A model generated the notes under the pieces. The model saw only the letters and a list, made by a program, of their open reading frames with translations. It had not been told where the DNA came from and made no database searches. From sequence record PQ066597.1: DNA of 64,000 bases. The stretch is one strand, 5' to 3'. The first letter of the stretch is position 1. Every line of letters begins with the position of its first letter. This document shows positions 57,020-64,000 of the stretch, piece by piece. The position numbers and the translations under genes are program-made.

Positions 57020-57393
57020 TTACATTCCCCCAGAGTAAGGCAATCCATTCTGCTTCCAAACTCTTCATAATCATTCTGGATTATCTTCTCTACTAGCTTA
57101 GGTTTCTTGTCTATTGCATCCTTACCGCGACTAGCATTAGATTCCAGCGTACCAATGCGCTTAGAAAGCTCTCTATTCGATTTCTCTTCCGTCTGACTAT
57201 ACTCGCTGGACTGTTGTTTGAAATCGCTTATACTCAATTCCATGGCGGATAATTTGGATGTCATTGTTTCTAGTTGTTGGGTCATCTCTCCGATTGTTAT
57301 TGCCTGTGATTCGATCTTGTTGAACATATACCAAACAGACCCACCAGCCAAAATAAGAAGAATCCCAAATATAATTGCCTTGTATCTTACCAT
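57016..57393 (-). CDS. inner-membrane spanin (Rz-like, pseT.3-like)
   Basis: N-terminal TM plus coiled coil, KPKLVEKII; CTAAATA 57427. Confidence 0.85.
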   Translation of the reverse strand: MVRYKAIIFGILLILAGGSVWYMFNKIESQAITIGEMTQQLETMTSKLSAMELSISDFKQQSSEYSQTEEKSNRELSKRIGTLESNASRGKDAIDKKPKLVEKIIQNDYEEFGSRMDCLTLGECK

Positions 57394-57458
57394 TGTTAAT
57401 CTCTCCAAATAAAAAGGCTCCAACCTTATTTAGGATGGAGCCTTTGGGAGATTAATGA

Positions 57459-57953
57459 TTACTTTTTATCCCATTCGACACAAATCAATTCTTCAAAGTC
57501 GTCTTCGTCAAAACAATTTTCAATTACTTGTGAGATAACATCCCAATCCCCACCGGCAACACCAGCCCCAATCTTTGGGAATATAAGTCGATACCCTTCA
57601 TATCCAAAATCTTCCGCTAAGTGGACGAAACCATTCTCTAATGCATCCAAACGAAGATCTCGACCGGGGAAATATTGTGTGTATAGGTTAATCAATCGAG
57701 AGTCATAATCTAAGGGAGTCCAGCTATATTGACCCAACATTCCAATATCCACTTGACCGTTTGTCTTAAACAGCCGTTGGAAATGTGCATCTACAATTGG
57801 TGCGTCTGGGAAGTTCATTGCAATACCAGCCGCAATACCAGATCCCATAGCAGTATGACAATTACACCCATGAACGAACAGAGTTGGGATCTTCAATTCT
57901 TCTGGGTCTTTCATCATGGCGATCATATCACCTTTAACATAACGAATTTTCAT
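57459..57953 (-). CDS. macrodomain ADP-ribose hydrolase (tk.4-like)
   Basis: KGD, VHGCNC..AMGSGIA, PKIGAGVAGGDW. Confidence 0.92.
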   Translation of the reverse strand: MKIRYVKGDMIAMMKDPEELKIPTLFVHGCNCHTAMGSGIAAGIAMNFPDAPIVDAHFQRLFKTNGQVDIGMLGQYSWTPLDYDSRLINLYTQYFPGRDLRLDALENGFVHLAEDFGYEGYRLIFPKIGAGVAGGDWDVISQVIENCFDEDDFEELICVEWDKK

Positions 57954-58609
57954 TTTTCTATATCTCTTTGCTTTGGATATTGTTTTTGTTCCATCTTGTT
58001 AACTTTATCAAGTTTTTTAATGTGAACTAACGGATAAACATAACTATGTTTTCCCGGTACTACCACTTCTTCTAGAAGACCATCATTTTTCATATCTTGT
58101 AATCTTTGTGCAAAAGGTTTCAACATACCTTTATATTTCGTTCTCATTGCCCTACTGTGATATAACTTACCATCTGGTGTCTTTAGTAGTTTATCTTTGG
58201 GAGTTTCCCCAACGTATATCCAGTTTGTTGCTTGATATATAATACCAACATGGTCATGAAACGGATCTGCATAACTAATTACAACTTTATGAGTTTTTAA
58301 TTTTTTTAATATTCTCAAACACGAACCAATAACCCATGATTCGGAATTATGAGGTAATTCATCCAATAATACAAGACGTCGTAATTCCAAGACGTCACAT
58401 TCTTTATCAGAAAATTTTTTCCATGCAGTTGTACTTAATTGTCCAAATATAACAGCACCAACCAACTTCCCGTTTTTATCAGTAATACGAAAACAATAAG
58501 AAGTTTTTAGACCATTTATATTATGAGAATAATGATGAGTTTCCACAAAATCTTTTATTTCTTTTCTCTCGCAGAGAGATAGTTCGTAATCCCTCCATTT
58601 TATGGTCAT
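57950..58609 (-). CDS. Mom-family DNA adenine modification enzyme (GNAT fold)
   Basis: HHYS, LVGAVIFG, LELRRL..D.LP.NSES, ISYAD...H.G.IYQATNW.Y.G, C-terminal YPK, as in Mu Mom. Confidence 0.85.
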   Translation of the reverse strand: MTIKWRDYELSLCERKEIKDFVETHHYSHNINGLKTSYCFRITDKNGKLVGAVIFGQLSTTAWKKFSDKECDVLELRRLVLLDELPHNSESWVIGSCLRILKKLKTHKVVISYADPFHDHVGIIYQATNWIYVGETPKDKLLKTPDGKLYHSRAMRTKYKGMLKPFAQRLQDMKNDGLLEEVVVPGKHSYVYPLVHIKKLDKVNKMEQKQYPKQRDIEK

Positions 58610-58887
58610 TCGATAACCTCCTTATGAAATTCACCAATAACTTTTTCTGGTGAATGGCCCAACACCACCATATTGACTGGATGGGAAATGGTATGAACAC
58701 CGCTAACAAAATAAAATTTAACTACGTTTGTTTCTGTAATTCCACGAGATTCGTCAAGGGTTACGAAATCATACATCCAATCGTTGAATCCGCGATATTT
58801 TGCATTGTTCAAAATAATTTCAGCAGCAAGCCCGAAAGACCGGGCTTTATCCTTCAATTCTTTAACTGTCATATTTAACACCGACAC
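58606..58887 (-). CDS. hypothetical protein
   Basis: Coupled ORF in early operon. Confidence 0.7.
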   Translation of the reverse strand: MSVLNMTVKELKDKARSFGLAAEIILNNAKYRGFNDWMYDFVTLDESRGITETNVVKFYFVSGVHTISHPVNMVVLGHSPEKVIGEFHKEVIE

Positions 58888-59156
58888 GGAATAAAAAGAA
58901 AACTCTCTTTTTGGTTAATAAAAACGGTTCCATCATTGATATAGATTGGATTTTTCTTTTCTTTATCTTCAATATCACAAACCGCGATTACGTTTTCATC
59001 ATCATCGATGTGAAATACAATGAATCCATTCTTAAGAATTTCATAATTATAAAAATTACGTTCACAACTGGTGCGATATTCTTGAGCCGCTTCGACAGAC
59101 CGAAAACGGTAAATGGTATCAAAGTTCATACGTGGGTATTGATCATTTGGATACAC
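58875..59156 (-). CDS. hypothetical protein
   Basis: Coupled ORF. Confidence 0.7.
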   Translation of the reverse strand: MYPNDQYPRMNFDTIYRFRSVEAAQEYRTSCERNFYNYEILKNGFIVFHIDDDENVIAVCDIEDKEKKNPIYINDGTVFINQKESFLFIPCRC

Positions 59157-59724
59157 TGAATGTCACCTTACCATTTTTAATGGAAATTTTGATTTCCATA
59201 TCTTGAGAAAGTTTACCTTGTGTGTTAACTAGATTGAAAATTGCTTGATCGAGTGGTGTCAACTGACAATTACCAATTTTTAGGTTACCTGTTATGTTAA
59301 GACCTTCGTCGTTTTTCTTCAAAGGTTTAGTTACATCCCCAGAAAATGTGGGTTTGTTCCCCTCGAACTTAGAAACGACTGGTGTTTTATTGAGAATAAT
59401 CTCATTACAGACCCCACCCATTAGTTCCTCATCACTAATCTGACGAGGCTTCGGAAGATCTTCAATTTCAATCTCTTTATCAAGTACGAAATATTTATAA
59501 AATTCGTCACTCTCAATAGTGTTGAATTCGTCCACCTTCAATACACCATTAACAATAAAACGGCTAATATAACCATCGCTGTTAAGTCTGTTCAAGCTAT
59601 CTTGGTTAACTGTCAGACGATAATCAACCAGATAATTAGAAACAATCCAATCATTAATTTTGGCTAGACCGATAAACTCTTTCCGGTCTTTTGGAGTTTT
59701 GAATTTATAAACAAATGCTTTCAT
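59143..59724 (-). CDS. hypothetical protein
   Basis: SD AAGGA. Confidence 0.75.
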   Translation of the reverse strand: MKAFVYKFKTPKDRKEFIGLAKINDWIVSNYLVDYRLTVNQDSLNRLNSDGYISRFIVNGVLKVDEFNTIESDEFYKYFVLDKEIEIEDLPKPRQISDEELMGGVCNEIILNKTPVVSKFEGNKPTFSGDVTKPLKKNDEGLNITGNLKIGNCQLTPLDQAIFNLVNTQGKLSQDMEIKISIKNGKVTFSVSK

Positions 59725-59738
59725 TCTTTTTCCTTTTA

Positions 59739-60305
59739 TTAGTCCATGTAAGAGCTGCGATATGCAACTTTTTCACCAACCACACTATTAATTTCGTCAC
59801 AAATGATCTGCATGATTTCCTCTTTGTAAGTCAAAGACTGATGACCACAATACGGAATTCTAAATTTTGGTTCCAAGAAAGATTCTTTACCTGATTTATA
59901 CGCAATGTCAAACCCGAGACCCAAAACAAGGTCTTTCACTTTTTTCTTTCTTCCGAATTCAACATACACGGAGGAAAATCCACAACAGTCCCAATCGTGG
60001 GGATGACGCTCAAGGTAATCCCGATGATAATCATTGATTTTCTCGATTACTTTTTCAACAAAAGAAACGTCATATCCAGATTCTGGTTGTACTACTTCCG
60101 GTAATGGTTTCTTCTCTTCTTTGTCAAGACAGATCAGTTCATTCTCTTCGTATGCACTGATAGTACCATTGGGCCAAGTAACCTCAACCCAAACCTCTGG
60201 GTTGTAGTATGAAACCACACCAACAACACCAAACAAATGACGCTGACTTTCATCATTCATCACATCATTATTGATCTGTACGTTGCTACCTTCTTTCATA
60301 GTCAT
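59739..60305 (-). CDS. hypothetical protein
   Basis: SD GAGGA; downstream of the promoter at 60331-60360. Confidence 0.75.
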   Translation of the reverse strand: MTMKEGSNVQINNDVMNDESQRHLFGVVGVVSYYNPEVWVEVTWPNGTISAYEENELICLDKEEKKPLPEVVQPESGYDVSFVEKVIEKINDYHRDYLERHPHDWDCCGFSSVYVEFGRKKKVKDLVLGLGFDIAYKSGKESFLEPKFRIPYCGHQSLTYKEEIMQIICDEINSVVGEKVAYRSSYMD

Positions 60306-60330
60306 TTCCTCGTTGTTGTTTACGAGATAG

Positions 60331-60360
60331 AGAATATCAGAGTGTGATTGGTTATGTCAA
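60331..60360 (-). promoter_or_regulatory. sigma70 early promoter
   Basis: TTGACA-18-TATTCT, -35 inside the GTGATTG/CAATCAC inverted repeat. Confidence 0.65.
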
Positions 60361-60368
60361 TCACTTTA

Positions 60369-60875
60369 TTACATTAGTTTCAATTTCAGAGACTTTAGTT
60401 GGTCTTGGTCGTTTCGGTTGATGAAGTATGATTTACCATTGTAATCAGTTGCCAGTGCAGAACCATCCAGACCAATAAACGAAACAGAAATATCTTTTGG
60501 ATTTTTGTTTCGACGAAGACCAATAGTAAGAAGGTCACCAACTTCCAGTTCCTTAAATTCTGTTACTTTCTCTTTCTTGGTTGTAAACAGATCACCGTTC
60601 AGAGTCATTCCAAACTCAGACACATCAGTTACATAAGTAACAGTACCACTGGAATGATGCTCTGTAACGCGAACACCACCAAGAATATTAAACTGGTCTA
60701 AAATAACAGTTAACCCGGTAACACACGCAATAAGTTGCGACACAACACCATTCTTTTTGTTAATGACGGAGACAACTAGACGCTTGGATTTATGGTTGAA
60801 TCCGCTACCCTCTTCAACAACAACCCCTTCAACGTCTTTCATGACTTGTTTTTCTACATGAAGTTTTTTCATTAC
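60369..60875 (-). CDS. hypothetical protein
   Basis: ORF track; start taken at the MKKLH overlap with the upstream stop. Confidence 0.7.
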   Translation of the reverse strand, partial: VMKKLHVEKQVMKDVEGVVVEEGSGFNHKSKRLVVSVINKKNGVVSQLIACVTGLTVILDQFNILGGVRVTEHHSSGTVTYVTDVSEFGMTLNGDLFTTKKEKVTEFKELEVGDLLTIGLRRNKNPKDISVSFIGLDGSALATDYNGKSYFINRNDQDQLKSLKLKLM

Positions 60876-61249
60876 ATACCCCATTCTTTTTCAATTACAT
60901 CATTACAAAAATCAACAGAATTTTCGAAATCATACATTTTGTTCATCAAATCGCCAAATTTAGATTTGATAAGTTGTTCTGCCGCTTCTCGCACCCGTTG
61001 ATCAAATGCTTCTACGTTGTATTGTTTTTTAACCCGATTTTCCATAACCTCATACTGGTATTTCATGAAGTTTTCGTAAGATTCGACATGTTCGATCTCG
61101 ATGCCGTTGATCAAGACAGTCAGTTTGAAAGGTTCATCCTTGATATCACCCTTTCGAGTGTCCCGGATCTTTTCCAAAATTTCATCTGATTGGTCAAGAA
61201 ACAGGTGGTTCACAACAAGGTTAGCTTCATCAAGTCCAAATTTCATCAT
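60872..61249 (-). CDS. hypothetical protein
   Basis: SD GAGGA. Confidence 0.75.
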   Translation of the reverse strand: MMKFGLDEANLVVNHLFLDQSDEILEKIRDTRKGDIKDEPFKLTVLINGIEIEHVESYENFMKYQYEVMENRVKKQYNVEAFDQRVREAAEQLIKSKFGDLMNKMYDFENSVDFCNDVIEKEWGM

Positions 61250-61258
61250 AATTTCCTC

Positions 61259-61597
61259 TTAATCACTAAGTTTACCGAACGGGATTTGTTCAACAAAAGC
61301 CCAAGCGGCATGATAAACGGTAGCACCGGGGGTTTCACTCATAAACACAGTATCAACTGGAGCCACAACACGAAATAAAGTTGGTTCTCCACCAATCGAA
61401 CGAGCCGCCCGCCGTGCGTATACTTTTGCCAGTCCACGGTCTTTAGTGAAGAACACACGGTCTAAGTTTTTCTTACGACCTTTCTCTGAAATTGTATCAG
61501 TCATCTCAGGAGGAAGCAACATATTACCTTTCAAACCAAGAGTACAGGAACCATGATAGAACTCAACATAATCTGGTTTGCAGTGAATGGTTGTCAT
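61259..61597 (-). CDS. Arr-like ADP-ribosyltransferase-fold protein
   Basis: FYHGS..., VFFT...LA..YA...GEP.LFRV pattern as in the rifampin ADP-ribosyltransferase family. Confidence 0.6.
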   Translation of the reverse strand: MTTIHCKPDYVEFYHGSCTLGLKGNMLLPPEMTDTISEKGRKKNLDRVFFTKDRGLAKVYARRAARSIGGEPTLFRVVAPVDTVFMSETPGATVYHAAWAFVEQIPFGKLSD

Positions 61598-61624
61598 ATC
61601 TTCTCTCCATCAACGTTACAACCC

Positions 61625-61996
61625 TTATTCTACACTTTCTTCGTCTGGTGTCAATATGTTTTTAGAAATAAAATTTATTACCCCATCATCTGGACGTTCA
61701 AACAACCAAATGCAATTTAGATATCCCAGTGAACTGGGATCTTCATGGTCAACACGACCCACTGGGATCTCACTGTCGTAACAAAACCCTTTGTAATCAT
61801 CACATACATAGAAACCACACTGTTTACTGTAAACAATACCAACACAAACGCAAGATTCGGGCCAAAGTTCAACCAGACCATCATTGTTTACAGTTACAGC
61901 AAATTTGTCATATTTGTGTTCGTTTACTGGGAGGTCGAGAACCAAATTATCAATTATAACAGGAATGTTAAAACTCTTAAAAGGTGGTGTATACAT
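61625..61996 (-). CDS. hypothetical protein
   Basis: 123-aa ORF. Confidence 0.65.
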   Translation of the reverse strand: MYTPPFKSFNIPVIIDNLVLDLPVNEHKYDKFAVTVNNDGLVELWPESCVCVGIVYSKQCGFYVCDDYKGFCYDSEIPVGRVDHEDPSSLGYLNCIWLFERPDDGVINFISKNILTPDEESVE

Positions 61997-62055
61997 TTTA
62001 GTACCCTAAATATAAATGAGCAACTGATGATATATATTATCAGTTTACATAAAAC

Positions 62056-62082
62056 AAAAGGGATCCTCACGGGATCCCTTTT
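62056..62082. terminator. terminator, GGGATCCC family copy 3
   Basis: AAAAGGGATCC-TCAC-GGGATCCCTTTT after asiA. Confidence 0.8.
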
Positions 62083-62355
62083 TTATTCGTCAACCATACA
62101 GTTAATCAAATGGTCAATTCTACCAGCATCAAATTCTTTTATAATCTCTTTTTTCTGATATGGGGTTAGACTACTAACCATAACTCTGAAATTAAAAATC
62201 GTTAATGGTTTACCTCGCACGGTAGTAAACCCCAGTTCATTTAGAAAATCTACAAACCCAGATTGAGTATCTAGAATATCATCACAGCCATACTTTGCCA
62301 AGATAGATGCGGTAGCTACAATATCTTTCATCAATTCAACTTTTGTAATTTTCAT
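62083..62355 (-). CDS. asiA: anti-sigma70 factor AsiA
   Basis: DIVATASILAKYGCDDIL...FVDFLNELG...FRVMVSSLT..QKKEIIKEF; 90 aa like T4 AsiA. Confidence 0.92.
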   Translation of the reverse strand: MKITKVELMKDIVATASILAKYGCDDILDTQSGFVDFLNELGFTTVRGKPLTIFNFRVMVSSLTPYQKKEIIKEFDAGRIDHLINCMVDE

Positions 62356-62600
62356 ATTTTATAATCTTTATCTCTTAGGATCACATCAGTTCGATTTCGA
62401 ACATCACCAATAAATCTTGCAGTACTACCACATGGAAAAATAATAATACTTACTTCATACCCAAACACATCTTTTTGGATAGACAGTTTGACCGTTTCCA
62501 TTGAATGGTCTTTAAGGTTGATATGGGTAGGTTTTCCATCTTTTGTAAGACCAGACACTACCCCACCACCAAATAATGTCATATCAATCATAATCACCAA
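62352..62600 (-). CDS. hypothetical protein
   Basis: ORF track; coupled to asiA. Confidence 0.65.
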   Translation of the reverse strand: MVIMIDMTLFGGGVVSGLTKDGKPTHINLKDHSMETVKLSIQKDVFGYEVSIIIFPCGSTARFIGDVRNRTDVILRDKDYKI

Positions 62601-62704
62601 CCTTCCGATTTCTTATGCTTTTTACCACGAATTTTCTTGGAATTCTCTTTCTTATCCTTCATAACAGAAGGACGGTTGAAATTATGTTTAGCTACTGGAT
62701 TCAT
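62594..62704 (-). CDS. 36-aa lysine-rich protein (not in ORF track)
   Basis: MNPVAKHNFNRPSVMKDKKENSKKIRGKKHKKSEGW; SD AAGGA. Confidence 0.75.
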   Translation of the reverse strand: MNPVAKHNFNRPSVMKDKKENSKKIRGKKHKKSEGW

Positions 62705-62788
62705 TTCTATTCCTTATGTTATGAAAGAGGGGGCGAACCCCCCTTGATGTGGTTATAGTCTCATAACCAATACATGTTTGCAAGTGGT

Positions 62789-63238
62789 TTATACTGGAAG
62801 AAGCCAGAAAAGACCACAGAAGAAGCCAGAAACGGCAGCAATGAGAGCCAAAAGAGCCACAACCGTAATCACATTGATTCGTTTGTTGGCGGCTTCTCGC
62901 TCATCGTCGGTCATTGCTTCCCACTTCCGAATTGACTCTTCGAGGTCTTTAACCCCATCAATACCACTCTCGATGTAGATCAGTGCCATTGGGTTAGCAT
63001 ACGCTTTACCAAGATAACCTACCCGTTCTTTAGCATAAGAGATCATGGTCAGATACTGGAACATCACCATCACGATAGCACCTATGATAATAGGGCCATA
63101 CATAGTGGATGCAGGGATTGATGCAAGGGCTGCTGCCATGAAGAGCAGGCCCCAAGTAACAATTGCATTCGATTTAACCCGTTGGGTTTCTTCATGAATA
63201 CGTTGTTTTACTTTTGTTACACGAGTTTCAATAGACAT
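62789..63238 (-). CDS. membrane protein (3 TM)
   Basis: Hydrophobic segments; CTAAATA 63263. Confidence 0.75.
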   Translation of the reverse strand: MSIETRVTKVKQRIHEETQRVKSNAIVTWGLLFMAAALASIPASTMYGPIIIGAIVMVMFQYLTMISYAKERVGYLGKAYANPMALIYIESGIDGVKDLEESIRKWEAMTDDEREAANKRINVITVVALLALIAAVSGFFCGLFWLLPV

Positions 63239-63265
63239 TTCATTTTCCTTTTTACAAAACTATAT

Positions 63266-63694
63266 TTAGAGGAACAACCAAGATGATACCATTACAGGGA
63301 CACCAACTATTACCGAATAAAATACAAAAACACCAACGAATATTACGATTCCAGCAAGAGTAATTCGTAGATTAAAGTTTGATGTATTTTTATAAATATG
63401 GAGATATTCCCCAACATTATTATCACAGAAGGAATAAAGCATACACATAGATAGAGGATGTTTAAACTCTTTACCATAATCTGGTCGTTTAATCCAGTTT
63501 ACTACCATTATTCCAAGATCAACGAGGGCATAACAAAGTGCACACAAAAACACATATGTAGGAATATCGGGTATATACCCACAACCAACAAGCACACTTG
63601 CTATCAATGCTCCCATACAAGATGGGATAATCATTGGTAACATTGCATTTGTTTCTTCTTTTGCTTGTTTTATAATATTTATCTCTATGGTCAT
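63266..63694 (-). CDS. membrane protein (3 TM), likely paralogue of its neighbour
   Basis: Shared KQ..EET and GK.[YF]..P motifs. Confidence 0.7.
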   Translation of the reverse strand: MTIEINIIKQAKEETNAMLPMIIPSCMGALIASVLVGCGYIPDIPTYVFLCALCYALVDLGIMVVNWIKRPDYGKEFKHPLSMCMLYSFCDNNVGEYLHIYKNTSNFNLRITLAGIVIFVGVFVFYSVIVGVPVMVSSWLFL

Positions 63695-63697
63695 ATA

Positions 63698-64000
63698 TCA
63701 AACCTTCAATTTATTTTTCAAAGTAGTCAAATCTTTCAGATATTCTTTTTTGGAGTTTGTTGTTTTCCAATAAGCAAGGTCTTTTTCTGCTTGCTCATAT
63801 TCTTTAACCAGTTTTTCTACTTCGTCTTCTGTCATGTTAAAGATTGGGAGGCCAACCACCTTATCAGAATAAACCGCAAGTTCTGGTTCCAGAAGAGTTT
63901 TAACTTGCTGGATCATAGACTTCTTAGGTTGATTATAACTGATTTTCCCATCTCTGGCTAGCCGAATAAATTCTGCTTTCGCTTTAAGTTCTGGGATCAA
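63698..64000 (-). CDS. 52: DNA topoisomerase II medium subunit gp52, 3' end
   Basis: VVGLPIFNMT..EVEKL...DLAYWKTT...EYLKDL. Confidence 0.88.
   Translation of the reverse strand: MIPELKAKAEFIRLARDGKISYNQPKKSMIQQVKTLLEPELAVYSDKVVGLPIFNMTEDEVEKLVKEYEQAEKDLAYWKTTNSKKEYLKDLTTLKNKLKV

Overview
64 kb of a large T4-type myovirus genome (Straboviridae-like, about 38% GC by eye; AsiA and sigma70-type promoters suggest a gammaproteobacterial host). 1-33.4 kb (mostly minus strand) is the virion module: gp67-20-19-18-17-16-15-14-13-wac-12-11-10-9-8-7-6-25-5.4-5.1-5-27-53-48. 33.4-41.7 kb (plus) carries gp4-2-54-26-51-29-3-1-57A and a J-domain protein. 43.4-47.6 kb is a cluster of 10 tRNAs interleaved with several densely structured ORF-free spacers (candidate ncRNAs). 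47.6-64 kb is accessory: Dps-like protein, P-loop kinase, Hoc, ParB-like protein, tk, endolysin, a gp36-headed long fibre, spanins, macrodomain, Mom-like enzyme, Arr-like ADP-ribosyltransferase, AsiA and the gp52 3' end. Late genes are preceded by CTAAATA rather than the T4 TATAAATA. The strongest leads are: (1) a start-less gp51-like frame reachable by a -1 frameshift at T-TTT-TTC at the end of gp26, directly before the tape measure gene (lambda G/GT-like); (2) large structured RNA candidates flanking tRNA-Thr; (3) an adjacent stand-alone protein resembling the AlaRS G3:U70-recognition helix; (4) a terminator/antiterminator switch-like leader. All annotation is by eye and from recalled family motifs; no searches or folding programs were run.
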